Source: an uncultured delta proteobacterium (GTDB lineage Bacteria > Myxococcota_A > Polyangia > Polyangiales > JAFGIB01). From it: a stretch of 64,000 nt of DNA. The notes under the pieces were generated by a model. The model made no database searches. It had not been told where the DNA came from and saw only the letters and a list, made by a program, of their open reading frames with translations. The translations under genes and the position numbers were made by a program. This document shows positions 1 to 10,423 of the stretch, in pieces; the first letter of the stretch is position 1, and every line of letters starts with the position of its first letter. The stretch covers positions 768,001-832,000 of the forward strand of contig CAVZVA010000003.1 of assembly GCA_963778655.1 (NCBI GenBank), read 5' to 3'.

Positions 1-1376
1 CCGAGGATCTCAAGCGCTATCCCGAACGCGGCTACCAGGCCGGCGACTCGATCGGCCGCACCGGAGTCGAGGCCGCCTGGGAGAGCTACCTGCGCGGTCA
101 CGACGGCGAGCTCACCAGCGTGGTAGGCCTGCGCGGGCGCGACGATGAGCCGGGTGGCCCGCGAGCCCGCACCGAGGAGCACCGGCGCGAGCCGGTGCCG
201 GGACGCAGCCTGCGGCTGACGCTCGACATGGACCTGATGCGGGTGGTCGAGCGCGCGTTCCGCGGCCATCCCTCCGGCGCGGTCGTCGTGGTCGACGTGC
301 ACACCGGCCGGCTGCGCGTGCTGTTTTCCAAGCCCGCCTACGACCTCAACGAGATGAGCGGACGGCTCACCACCGAGCGCGCCGCCGAGCTCAACGAGAG
401 CCCCTTCCGCCCGCTGATCGACAAGACGGTCTACGAGACGTACTTCGCGGGCTCCACGTTCAAGCCGATCAGCGCGCTGGCGGCGCTGCAGGACGACATC
501 CTCAGCCCCAGCGTCCACGTCGATTGTCCCGGCTACTACGACCTCGGCAAGCGGCGCTTCCGCTGCAGCCACGTGCACGGCGACGTCGACATGCACAAGG
601 CGATCGTCCAGTCGTGCAACGTGTACTTCTATCACCTCGCCGAGCAGGTCGGCCTGGACCGCATCTCCAGCTTCGCCCACGACTTCGGGCTGGGCGAGGT
701 CACCGGCATCGGCATCAACAGCGAGGCCCAGGGTTTCGTGCCCACGCGCGAGTGGTACATGAAGCGACACAACGGCCAGTACCACATCGGCTTCACGCTC
801 AACGCGGCGATCGGCCAAGGCGACACGCGTGTGACGCTGGTGCAGATGGCCCTGGCCTATGCCGCGATCGCCAACGGCGGCACGCTGTACCTGCCACAGC
901 TGGTGGAGGCGGTGGAGGCCCCCGACGGCAGCGTGATCGAGGAGTTCCCGCCGCGCGTGCGGCGCACGGTCAGCGTGGACCCCGCGCACATCAGCTACGT
1001 GCGCGACGGCATGTTCGGCGTGGTCAACGACCCCAACGGCACCGCCTACGACGCGCGCATCGAGGGCGGCGTGCCGGTCGCGGGCAAGACCGGCACTGCG
1101 CAGGTCTCGCTGGGCCGGCGGCCGGGCGGCGTCGACGTGGCCAACCCGTGGTACTACCGGCGCAGCCACGCCTGGTTTGCGGGCTTCGCGCCCGCGGCCG
1201 ACCCGCAGCTGGCGATCGTGGTGCTGGTGGAGCACGGCGGCCAGGGCGGCAAGTACGCCGCGCCGATCGCGACGCGGGTATTGCAGGAAGCGCTGGGCGG
1301 TGGCCCGCCGCGCAGCGCGCAGGCCGACAAGCAGGGCGCGCAGGAAGCCCAGGTCGCCGCCCGGGGCAAGCGGTAG
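1..1376 (+). CDS. mrdA: Penicillin-binding protein 2 (class B transpeptidase), 5'-truncated by the window edge
   Basis: Frame open from base 3 (EDLKRYPERGYQAGDSIGRTGVE..). Motifs SxxK (GSTFK), SxN (QSCN) and KTG (GKTGTAQ). Directly upstream of rodA. Confidence 0.95.
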   Translation, partial: EDLKRYPERGYQAGDSIGRTGVEAAWESYLRGHDGELTSVVGLRGRDDEPGGPRARTEEHRREPVPGRSLRLTLDMDLMRVVERAFRGHPSGAVVVVDVHTGRLRVLFSKPAYDLNEMSGRLTTERAAELNESPFRPLIDKTVYETYFAGSTFKPISALAALQDDILSPSVHVDCPGYYDLGKRRFRCSHVHGDVDMHKAIVQSCNVYFYHLAEQVGLDRISSFAHDFGLGEVTGIGINSEAQGFVPTREWYMKRHNGQYHIGFTLNAAIGQGDTRVTLVQMALAYAAIANGGTLYLPQLVEAVEAPDGSVIEEFPPRVRRTVSVDPAHISYVRDGMFGVVNDPNGTAYDARIEGGVPVAGKTGTAQVSLGRRPGGVDVANPWYYRRSHAWFAGFAPAADPQLAIVVLVEHGGQGGKYAAPIATRVLQEALGGGPPRSAQADKQGAQEAQVAARGKR

Positions 1377-1433
1377 CGACAGCCCTGGCGCTTGTGTCGC
1401 CCGCAGAGATCAGCCAGCCTCGAAAACCGCAGC

Positions 1434-2540
1434 ATGGTCACCCTCAGCAAAGGCGTTCGCGACGCATTCGACTGGCCGCTGTTCGTGATGGTGGCGACGA
1501 TCGCGCTGGTCGGCGTGGTCAACCTGTACAGCGCGACCAGCGCCATGCCGAGCCAGCTGCGCGACATCTACATCCAGCAGATCTACTGGATCACGCTGGG
1601 CGCCGGCGTGGCCGTGCTGGTGGCGTCGATCGACTACCGCTACTACGAGCGCTACGCGTGGGTGGCGTACGGCGTCGGCATCACGCTGCTGGCGCTGGTG
1701 TTCCTGCTCGGGCGCGAGGTGCGCGGCTCGCAGCGCTGGATTCCGCTTGGCAGCTTCTCGCTGCAGCCGAGCGAGCTGATGAAGATCTGCTTCATCGTGG
1801 CGCTGGCCAAGCACCTGCACGACGACCCACGCACCGAGGGACGCACGCTCAAGGACCTGATCATCCCGGGCCTGATCCTGGCCCTACCGCTGGTGCTGAT
1901 CCTGGCGCAGCCGGATCTGGGCACGGCGATGATCATCGCCGCGATCTTCGGCACGATCATGTTCCTGACCCACCTCAAGCTGCGCTCCTTCGTCACCCTG
2001 GTGGTGTCCTTCCTGGTCAGCGCGCCGCTGACCTGGCGCTACCTGCTCAAGGACTACCAGCGCGAGCGCCTGGTGGCCTTCCTCGACCCGGAAAACGACA
2101 TCCTGGGCAAAGGCTGGCACGCCTATCAGGCCAAGGTGGCGATCGGTAGCGGCGGTCTGACCGGCAAGGGCTTTCTGCAGGGCACGCAGGTGCAGCATCG
2201 CTTCCTGCCCGACGCACACAGCGACTTTCCGTTCTCGGTCTGGGCCGAGGAGCAAGGCTTCATCGGCGCGCTGGTGCTGGTGCTGCTGTACACGGTGCTG
2301 GTGCTGTGGGGCCTCAAGATCGCCTCGGAGGCCAAGGACCGTTTCGGCGCGGTGGTCGCAGTGGGCGTGAGCGCGCTGATCTTCTGGCAGACGGTGATCA
2401 ACCTCGGCATGGTGTGCGGCCTGTTGCCGGTAGTCGGCATCACGCTGCCGCTGGTGTCCTACGGCGGTTCCAGCGTGCTGACCGTGATGATCGGGATCGG
2501 TCTGCTGATGAACGTCTCGATGCGCCGCTTCCACTTCTGA
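1434..2540 (+). CDS. rodA: Rod shape-determining SEDS protein RodA
   Basis: Multi-TM protein with GSQRWI, QPSELMK, QPDLGT, LPDAHSDF and LPLVSYGGSS; follows PBP2. Confidence 0.95.
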   Translation: MVTLSKGVRDAFDWPLFVMVATIALVGVVNLYSATSAMPSQLRDIYIQQIYWITLGAGVAVLVASIDYRYYERYAWVAYGVGITLLALVFLLGREVRGSQRWIPLGSFSLQPSELMKICFIVALAKHLHDDPRTEGRTLKDLIIPGLILALPLVLILAQPDLGTAMIIAAIFGTIMFLTHLKLRSFVTLVVSFLVSAPLTWRYLLKDYQRERLVAFLDPENDILGKGWHAYQAKVAIGSGGLTGKGFLQGTQVQHRFLPDAHSDFPFSVWAEEQGFIGALVLVLLYTVLVLWGLKIASEAKDRFGAVVAVGVSALIFWQTVINLGMVCGLLPVVGITLPLVSYGGSSVLTVMIGIGLLMNVSMRRFHF

Positions 2541-2541
2541 T

Positions 2542-3867
2542 TCAGAAGCGGCCTTGCAGCCGGGCGAGCAGGCCGCCCGGCAGCGGCGCCAGCCCGAGCG
2601 AGGCGTCGGTGCTGTCCGCGCCCTCGCCATGGTCCCAACCCGAGGTCAGATGATAGGCGAGCGCCAGGCCACCGAGCGTGCCCACCAGGCCCACCGCCAA
2701 TGTCGGCGCCGCGTCCGGGCGCTTGCCCTGAGCCAGCAGCGCGATGCCCAGCCCGCTCAGGGTGCCGAGCAGGCCGCCGGCGTCGATCAACAATACCCGC
2801 GAGGTCGCCATCGGCACCGCGCGCGCGAGCAGCCCGCCGCCCAGCACGCCGGCGTTGCCCACGCCGAGCAGCAGCGCTGCCCAGGTGCCGCTGCCGAAGC
2901 TCGGCTTGAGCGCGCCCAGGAATTGGCCGCCGACCACCAGCGACCACAACCCGCCCGAAGCCGTGAGCGAGACCTGGCCCGCGCTCGGCTGCAGCTGCAG
3001 CCCGATGAAACTGCCAAGCCCCAGCCCGCTGAGCTGGCCCAGCGCGAGAAAGGCGCCGGCCGTGGCACTCGAGCCGTCGTGATCGATCGCGCGCGACGCA
3101 TACAGCAGGCCGAGCCCGTTGGCCGCGCCCCACCACGTCCCGTCGGTGGTCGCGCGCGCGAGCCCGGGTGTCACGCCGTCGGCGGTGAGCGCGAAGCTCG
3201 CGCCCAAGCCGGCGCCCGCGCCCAGCATCAATGAAGCGACCCAGGGTTGCGACTGCTCGCAGCGTGCCATCGCGCAGACCTCGGCGCCGAGCGCGATCCC
3301 GTGCACGGTCTGGAAGAACACCACCTCGGCGCGCGCCGTGGCGGTGGGGCGCGGGCCGCGCGTATCGCGCGCAGCAGGCGCGCGTTCCACCGGCAGCGGC
3401 GCCTGCGTGGCCGCCAGCAGCGCGGACAGCAGCCGCGCGCGTGCGGCCAGCGGGTTTTGGGGCGCGGCCGCGATCAGCGCCTGCAGCAGGCGCAGCGCCA
3501 GGGCGCGCTCGCCGCGCGCGAGCGCCTTGAACGCCTCGTGGTAGCTGTCTTCGGCCAGCGTGTCGGCGGCAGCAGCGGTGGGCGCGGCCGGGCTCACCGC
3601 CGCGGGCGCGGCTTCCGCTCCCTGCGCAGGCGTCCCTTGCGTTGCGGCCGCGGGTGCCGCTCGTGCTGCCGCCTGGGGCGCCGCTTGCGCTGCAGCCGCG
3701 GGCGAGGCTCGCGTCGACGCATCGGCAGGGGGCGGCGTGCCGGCTTGCGGCATGCCGGGCGCGGGCCTGGCCTCAGCACCGGCCGGCGCGGCCGTGGCCG
3801 GCTGCGCGTGCACGGCGCTCGGTGCCAGCAGCACGCACACACACAGCGCATATCCAGCGCGACGCAC
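2542..3867 (-). CDS. Exported/membrane hypothetical protein: signal peptide, Pro/Ala linker, TPR-like helix pair, Gly-rich hydrophobic helices, C-terminal ..RLQGRF
   Basis: C-terminal part of the 831-aa ORF. Signal-like VRRAGYALCVCVLLAPSAVHA; start codon uncertain. Confidence 0.7.
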   Translation of the reverse strand: MRRAGYALCVCVLLAPSAVHAQPATAAPAGAEARPAPGMPQAGTPPPADASTRASPAAAAQAAPQAAARAAPAAATQGTPAQGAEAAPAAVSPAAPTAAAADTLAEDSYHEAFKALARGERALALRLLQALIAAAPQNPLAARARLLSALLAATQAPLPVERAPAARDTRGPRPTATARAEVVFFQTVHGIALGAEVCAMARCEQSQPWVASLMLGAGAGLGASFALTADGVTPGLARATTDGTWWGAANGLGLLYASRAIDHDGSSATAGAFLALGQLSGLGLGSFIGLQLQPSAGQVSLTASGGLWSLVVGGQFLGALKPSFGSGTWAALLLGVGNAGVLGGGLLARAVPMATSRVLLIDAGGLLGTLSGLGIALLAQGKRPDAAPTLAVGLVGTLGGLALAYHLTSGWDHGEGADSTDASLGLAPLPGGLLARLQGRF

Positions 3868-4236
3868 CCAGGCCCCCAGCGCTCGCCCCTGGTACCACAC
3901 CGCCGCCGAGCATAGTGGCAACGCCGCGTGCGGTCGAGACGCTTGGACCCGAGCGCGAGCTCGGCAGCGCGTGGGCGCACGCCCACACCGCCAGCAACTG
4001 CACGCGCAACGCGATTGCAACGCCGCCAAGCGCGTTGGCAGCCCGTGCACGCGCCGGCGCCACGCGTACACGCGCGCGCCGCCGCAGTGCACACAGGATC
4101 GCGCCCGCGTGACGCTGGTCTGGATGTTGCACTGACGCTCTACCAGAAGTTGCACCGCCCAGCGCGAGCCAAAGCGTTCAACGAGCTCGCGCTGCGCTTC
4201 GCACGCACGCGACCACCTGGTCGCGACCGAGGATCC

Positions 4237-6277
4237 ATGCGCCCTGCACGCTGCCATCGTCACGCGAGCACGATCTCGCTTCTGGCCGCAGCCAGCTTGC
4301 TGCTCGGCGGTTGCCTGCGGCGCGAGCTCAAGCCGCTCACCCCGTGCCTGGTCTCGGGCGTGGTGGAGACGATCGGCGTCGAGAACATCGACAAGGTCGA
4401 CATGCTGTTCATGGTCGACAACTCCGACTCCATGAGCGAGGAGCAGGACAAGCTGCGCGCGCAGTTCTCGCACCTGATCAAGGTAATGACGACGGGCCAC
4501 CGCGATGACGACCCGATGCACGACTTTCCGCCACCCAAGAGTCTGCACCTGGGCGTGGTCACCAGCGACATGGGCTTGCCCGGAGTCGCGGGAACCACCG
4601 GCTGCGGCGGGCTCGGCGACGACGGCCTGCTGCAGACCCACCCCAGCGCCGGCGCGCAGGGCTGTCAGTCGAGCTATCCCCCGTTTCTGAGCTTCGACGC
4701 GAAGACCGGCTCGTCCGACCAGACCGCCGCCGACTTCGCCTGCGTGGCACTGGTCGGCACCGGCGGCTGCGGCTTCGAGCATCAGCTCGAAGCGCCGCTC
4801 AAGGCGCTGTGGCCCTCGCTCGAATCCGATGCCCGATCCCAAGACCGGCAAGAACCGCATCGAGTTCCTGGTCGACCCGGACACCGGCCTGGGAATACTC
4901 GGGCACGGCGACGCGGAGAATGCGGGCTTTCTGCGCAACGATCCGACGCACGGGCTCTCGGTGATCGCGGTCATCGTGCTCACCGACGAGGACGACTGCT
5001 CGGCCTCGGACACGCGGCCGTTCAATCTGCCCAACAATCTGTCCGCCGACGACCCGCTTCAGCAGCAGGGCCTGAACGTGCGCTGCCACTACAACCAGCA
5101 GGCGCTGTACCCGGTGGAGCGCTACGTCGAAGGCTTCAAGGCGCTGCGCCCGACCGATCCCAACCTGGTGATCTTCGCCGCGATCACGGGCGTTCCGATC
5201 AATCTGGTCGACCAGGACGCGATCGCCAAGGTCGACTTCACCAAGCAGGCGTCGCGCGACGCCTTCTACGACGGCATCCTGAACGACTCGCGCATGATCG
5301 AGCAGGTCGACGACCGGGGCACGCCGAACGTCGACGACGACAAGCTGGTCCACTCATGCAACGGCGACAACGGCGCCACCGCGGATCCGCCGCGCCGCAT
5401 CGTTCAGGTGGCGCGGGGCTTCGGCGAAAACGGGATCGTCCAATCGATTTGCCAGCAGGACTACGGCCCGGCGCTCGACACCATCATCGCGCTGATCGCC
5501 AAACGCCTGACCAGCGTGTGCCTGCCGCGGCCGCTGGTGTGCAACGACCAGGGCCTGGTCGCCTGCAACGTGGTCTGGGAGCTGCCACCGCCGCAGCTGG
5601 CCAACCCCGACACCACGCCCACGCGCTGCGGCGCACCGGGCTTCGAATTCCTGTTGCCGCCCGACCAGGGCGGAGCCACCACGACCCGGAACGGCGGCGC
5701 GATCTGCCGCGTCGCGCAACTCGCGGTCAAGGACGACCCGAGCCAACCCGGAACCAAGCACGCGGTGCCGACCACCACCGACGGTGCCCAGTTCGCCGAC
5801 GGCTGGTACTACGACGACTTCTCGCCGGACACCAAGATGAGCTGCCCGGGCAGCCTGAGCCAGCGCGTGGCGTTCAGCCCGAACGCGCACCCGCCCAACG
5901 GCGTGACCGTCAAGCTGGAGTGCCTGAACGAGGCCCAGGGCATGGCCAGCAATCGCACCGACGTGGCCACGGGCAGCGAGCCCAGCATCGGCTCACCGTG
6001 CGACCAGGTTACGCGCAACGGCCACATGCTCGAGGGCGACGCCGCCTGCGAGGTGCGCCTGAACGCGCCGACCGCGCAGTGGCCGGACGGCGTCGACCGC
6101 TCGCTATTCTGCCACCCGCAGGCCCACGTGTGCGTGCTCGGCTGCAACACCGACGCGGACTGCCCGCCGGCCTGGGTGTGCGACGACAAGCGACCGGAGA
6201 CGCTCGCGGCCACGGCCCGCCCCGGTCACGAAAACGGCACGGCGATCTGCGTCAACCCGACCTGCGGCGACCAGTGA
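4237..6277 (+). CDS. vWA(MIDAS)-like Cys-rich lipoprotein, split by a one-base frameshift at ~4823 (about 679 aa if corrected)
   Basis: GAGGA RBS, lipobox LGGC, DMLFMVDNSDSM and later VLTDEDDCS. Removing one A at 4823 joins the two ORFs (..WPSLDPMPDPKTGKNR..). Confidence 0.8.
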
Positions 6278-6419
6278 GATATCAGGAGCAGCACGTGCTC
6301 CTCCCGCGCGGCTCGCTTCGCTCACTCGTGAACCGATGCCTGATCGGACGCACGAAACCGCCTGCTTCTTTGGCCGCAGTTTTCGCGCCCGCGAGCCGAT
6401 CTTCGCGTAGAGTGCGCGC

Positions 6420-7160
6420 GTGACCCGAGCCTCCGACAGCCACGCGCGCGGTAGACGCAGTCGAGCGGCTCGCGCCCCGCGGGCGCACCCCGCGGGCAGC
6501 GTCCCGCCCATGTGCCGCGTTGCGTTCACCGGGGGACCGGCAGCCGGCAAGACCGCGATCCTGGAGGTGCTGCGGCGCCAGCTGCGCGACAAGGTCGCGG
6601 TGCTTCCGGAGTCGGCCACCACTTTGTTCGCGGGCGGCTTCCCGCGCCCGACCGACGACGCGGGCAAGCGTCTGGTGCAACAAGCCGTGTTCACGGTGCA
6701 GCGCTCGCTCGAGGGCATCTTCGCGATCGAGCAGCCCGACCGGCCGCACATCTGCGATCGCGGCGGGCTGGACGGCGCCGCCTATTGGCCCGGCGGGCTG
6801 TCGCGCTTTCTGGGCGCGATGGGCACCACGCTCGAGAGCGAATACCGCCGCTACGACGCGGTGATCTTCCTGGAGAGCTCGGCGTACGACCCCAAGATCT
6901 ATCCGCCCGAGAACCCGCACCGGATCGAGACCCCGGCTCAGGCGCGGCGCCTCGATCGCGCGTTGCACCAGATCTGGCAGGACCACCCGCGCTTCTACTT
7001 CGTCGGACACGAGGTGCGCTTCTACGAGAAGGTCGCGGCCTGCCTGCTCGCGCTCGCCGACGTGCTCGATCTCGGCAACCACACCGTGCCGGTAGCTGGG
7101 ATGGAGCCGGCCCGGGCGCTGACGCGCCCAAAGCCGCGCGCCTCGCGATCGGGCCGCTAG
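6420..7160 (+). CDS. P-loop NTPase, AAA_28 (NadR/Ttd14-like) family
   Basis: VAFTGGPAAGKT, LPESAT, ICDRGGLD, YDAVIFLES. Start is GTG 6420 (TAGAGT 6 nt upstream) or ATG 6510. Confidence 0.8.
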   Translation: MTRASDSHARGRRSRAARAPRAHPAGSVPPMCRVAFTGGPAAGKTAILEVLRRQLRDKVAVLPESATTLFAGGFPRPTDDAGKRLVQQAVFTVQRSLEGIFAIEQPDRPHICDRGGLDGAAYWPGGLSRFLGAMGTTLESEYRRYDAVIFLESSAYDPKIYPPENPHRIETPAQARRLDRALHQIWQDHPRFYFVGHEVRFYEKVAACLLALADVLDLGNHTVPVAGMEPARALTRPKPRASRSGR

Positions 7161-7162
7161 AA

Positions 7163-8155
7163 TCAGGACCCGCTGCGCGCCGCCGCGATCAACGCCTTGG
7201 CCGCGCGCACGCTGCGCGCCAGCGCCGGTCCGTCGGTGGGCTCGCGCTGGCGACGCAGCAGCTGCGCCAGAGCGTCGATCATCTCGGTCGCGCGCTGGTA
7301 ACGCTCGCGCGGTTGGCGCGCGAGCGCACGGGCCACTATCTCCGCCAGCTCCTCGGGCAGCTCCGGGCGCACCTCCTCGACCCTTGCCACCCGACCCTCC
7401 AGGATGCGCAGCGCGACCTCGACGTCGGTCCGCGCCTCACCGCCGAACAGGCGCCGCGCGGCCAGCGCCTCCCATAGCACCACGCCCACGCTGTACAGGT
7501 CGCAGCGCGGATCGGGCCTCTGGTTGTCGAGCAGCTCCGGCGCCAGGTACGCGACCTTGCCCTTGACCGTGCCGGGGTCGGTGGTGCGCGGCCGGTCCAT
7601 CGCGCGCGCGAGCCCGAAGTCCATCAGCTTCACCGAGCCGTTGATCCCGACCAGGATGTTGGAGGGGGTGACATCGCGATCGATCACCGGCACCGGCCGC
7701 TCGCTGGCGTCGGTGCGCTGGTGGGCGGCCGAGAGCGCGCGCAGCACCTCGATGCAGATGGCCGCAGCAAGCGGCCACGGCGGAAAGGCGCCGGCGCGCG
7801 CGAACGCCTTCACGTAGTCCGCGAGGCTCAGGCCCTCGACCCACTCCATGACGATGAAGTAGCCGCCCTGATGGTCGCGCCCGAAATCATGGATCTGCAC
7901 GATGTTGGGGTGGTTGAGGTCGGCGACCACGCGAGCCTCCTCGACGAACATCGCCTCGAAGCGCTCGTCTTGGGTCAGCTCCGTCAACACGCGCTTGATC
8001 GCGACCTTGCGCCGAAAGCCGGCTTCCCCGTGGGTGTAGCCCAGCCACACGCTCGCCATGCCGCCGCGACCGACCGGCTCGACGGCCTCGTACTTGCCGC
8101 CGAGCAGCGCCGACGGCATCGGCGTGTAGCGCGGCGCGTCGCGATCAGCGCTCAT
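7163..8155 (-). CDS. Hanks-type Ser/Thr protein kinase, kinase domain only
   Basis: GRGGMA, VAIK, HPNIV, DRDVTPSN (HRD reads DRD), DFG, GKVAYLAPE, DLYSVG. Confidence 0.92.
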   Translation of the reverse strand: MSADRDAPRYTPMPSALLGGKYEAVEPVGRGGMASVWLGYTHGEAGFRRKVAIKRVLTELTQDERFEAMFVEEARVVADLNHPNIVQIHDFGRDHQGGYFIVMEWVEGLSLADYVKAFARAGAFPPWPLAAAICIEVLRALSAAHQRTDASERPVPVIDRDVTPSNILVGINGSVKLMDFGLARAMDRPRTTDPGTVKGKVAYLAPELLDNQRPDPRCDLYSVGVVLWEALAARRLFGGEARTDVEVALRILEGRVARVEEVRPELPEELAEIVARALARQPRERYQRATEMIDALAQLLRRQREPTDGPALARSVRAAKALIAAARSGS

Positions 8156-8267
8156 GCGCCGCAAGCATAGCCGATCTGCCGAGGTCCGCTCGTTGCGGGG
8201 CCCCGACAGCTTGGCTACGGACCCTGCGGGTCCTGGGGCGGGAGGGTCGCGTGACCCTACAGACAGC

Positions 8268-9356
8268 TCAACGGCCGAACATGCCGGAGCCGCCCGTCTG
8301 ACAGACCTTGCAGGCCGGATCGTTAGGTGTGTTCTGGCAGCTGGGCGGACAGTAGTTGGTGCGGTGAAACACGTACGGATTGCCCATCCCGTCGTCGATC
8401 GTATCGCACTCGGCGCTCTTGCCGACCACGGTCATCTCGCCGTAGCCGCCGCTCTGGTCGAACTTGGCGGCGCAGGCCGTATTGCTCGAGCTCCAGGCCG
8501 GCAAGTCGGCGAGCTTCTGATCGGTGCCGGCCTGCGGGTACCACACGTCCTGGCAGCTCTGCATGATCACACAGTCGTCGGGCTTGGGGTTGTTCACGTC
8601 GCCAGCCTTGATCGTGTAGCAAAGCTTGAACTGCCCGCCGCAATCGACGTTGAGCGTGTCGTCGGTCCAGCTTCCGGGCGGCGCCGGCGGCGGCTCCGGC
8701 ACGTTGACGCCGCAGTCGATCTTGCCGTCGCTGGTGAGCTTGCTCGAGTACAGATAGGTGGACGAGCCGCGGAAGATGCAGGGCGCGAGGTTGGTCAGGT
8801 TCCACGTTCCCGAGGAGAAGCAGCCGCAGGCCTCCGACCCCGAGGTCGCCGCGGGGTTGGGCAACACGTAGCCCTCGCACTTGCCCCAGCGCAGCCCGAA
8901 CTCGAGCGTGGATTCGCAGGTGGTCGTGCCGTCCTTGCAGATGCCGTGATTGCGGTTGACGCGTTTGCCCGGCCAGCAGCTCGCGGTCATGTCCTTCTGA
9001 GGACAGGGGCAGCCTTCTCGGTTCTTGTCGTCGGGACAGTCCGGCGTCCCGCCCGGCGGCGGCACCGAGGTCATCTGACCGTCCTGCCCGCACATCGGCG
9101 GCGGCGGATCGTTGACGAAGAACGCGTCCGCGGTGACCTCCGCATCCCTGGGCAGCACCACGTGCGAGGCGTCGGCCAGCTTCGAAGGATCGGCGTTGCC
9201 GAACAACCCGCTGTCCTTGCCCCCGCCCGCGAGCGCGCTGCCGTCGGCGGAGGTGACCGCGCCGTCCGCGCCGATGCCGGGATCCTTGCCGACGGAATGG
9301 GCGCACCCCAGCAGGCCAGCCAATATGCAAAACTGCCCCCGATTTAACCAAGTCAC
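8268..9356 (-). CDS. Cys-rich lipoprotein of unknown function
   Basis: Lipobox LLGC, many spaced Cys, coding-like codon use; start uncertain. Confidence 0.75.
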   Translation of the reverse strand: MTWLNRGQFCILAGLLGCAHSVGKDPGIGADGAVTSADGSALAGGGKDSGLFGNADPSKLADASHVVLPRDAEVTADAFFVNDPPPPMCGQDGQMTSVPPPGGTPDCPDDKNREGCPCPQKDMTASCWPGKRVNRNHGICKDGTTTCESTLEFGLRWGKCEGYVLPNPAATSGSEACGCFSSGTWNLTNLAPCIFRGSSTYLYSSKLTSDGKIDCGVNVPEPPPAPPGSWTDDTLNVDCGGQFKLCYTIKAGDVNNPKPDDCVIMQSCQDVWYPQAGTDQKLADLPAWSSSNTACAAKFDQSGGYGEMTVVGKSAECDTIDDGMGNPYVFHRTNYCPPSCQNTPNDPACKVCQTGGSGMFGR

Positions 9357-9437
9357 GCGTCCCACAGTCACCTCGACATCCCTGACTATCAAGCGCTGGC
9401 CCTAGGCAATCTAGCTGACGCACCCGCGCCCGTCACT

Positions 9438-9468
9438 ATGCAGGCGTTTGCGGGATGCAGGCGTTTGC
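9438..9468. repeat. Tandem direct repeat ATGCAGGCGTTTGC x2 (17-bp period)
   Basis: Exact 14-mers at 9438-9451 and 9455-9468 in intergenic DNA. Confidence 0.7.
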
Positions 9469-9497
9469 AGGGGCCCACGGGCGGGAAAACGCGGAAA

Positions 9498-10373
9498 TCA
9501 TCCGTCCTGCTTCCGGACGGCTTCCACGCACAGGTTCTCGAGCACCCCCAGGTTCTCGATCTCGCTTCGCACGCGCTCGCCGGGCAGCAGAAACCGCGGC
9601 GGCCGCCGCCCCGCCCCGACCCCGGACGGGGTGCCGGTGAAGATCAGATCGCCGGCGCGCAGCTCACAGTAGCGGGACAGGTAGGCGATTAGCTCCGGCA
9701 CGGGAAACACCATGTCCGCCGTGCAACCCTCCTGCATCCGCTCGCCGTCCACCTCGCAGGTCAGCCGCAGATTGCCCGGCTCGGGCACGGACTCGGCCGC
9801 CACCAGCGCCGGCCCGATCGGCCCGAAGCACTCGCCGGACTTGGCGAGCGAGAACTGCGGCGGGTTGTCGGCACGCTGCCGCTGCCGGTCGGAGATGTCC
9901 TGGCCCACGCAGTATCCGGCCACGTGCTCGAGCGCGCGCTCGGCGGCGATCGCGCGCCCGCCGCGCCCGATCGCCACGCACAGCTCGACCTCCCAGTCGA
10001 CGAATGCGGAGCCGATCGGCACCTGGGCACGCGGTCCACACAAGCAGCTCTGAAACTTGGTGAAGACCATCGGCTCCTTGGGCAGGGGCGCGCCGGTCTC
10101 GCGCGCGTGCGCCCGATAGTTGAGGCCGATCGCAAACAGCTGCGACGGCGCCGGCACGCAGGCCGCAAGCCGCTCTGGCTCGAGCACGGCACAGCTCTCG
10201 TCGGCGCGCTGCTCCCGCGCCCACTCGCAGAACGACTCCCACACCGCCAGCACCTCCATCGGCGCGCTCGAAAAGCGCCGCCCCGAGCGCCGCTCGACGT
10301 CGATCAATCTTCCGTCGGCGATCAACTGCGCGCGACCTTGGAGATTGGCGAGCTCGATTCGTGCCGACGTCAT
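9498..10373 (-). CDS. Fumarylacetoacetate hydrolase family protein
   Basis: AIGLNYRAH, PMVFTK, VDWEVEL, QDISDR, GDLIFTGTPSGVG. Confidence 0.93.
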   Translation of the reverse strand: MTSARIELANLQGRAQLIADGRLIDVERRSGRRFSSAPMEVLAVWESFCEWAREQRADESCAVLEPERLAACVPAPSQLFAIGLNYRAHARETGAPLPKEPMVFTKFQSCLCGPRAQVPIGSAFVDWEVELCVAIGRGGRAIAAERALEHVAGYCVGQDISDRQRQRADNPPQFSLAKSGECFGPIGPALVAAESVPEPGNLRLTCEVDGERMQEGCTADMVFPVPELIAYLSRYCELRAGDLIFTGTPSGVGAGRRPPRFLLPGERVRSEIENLGVLENLCVEAVRKQDG

Positions 10374-10423
10374 GGTCTTTGCCTCCTACGCCCTCGCGGC
10401 GGCGCGCTGCTTGGCGGTCGCGG

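Noticed and set aside
4815..4830. Programmed ribosomal frameshifting or phase variation at the frameshift sites (also 49152, 49575)
   Set aside because: No slippery heptamer or homopolymer run; the identical GATC context favours a consensus error.
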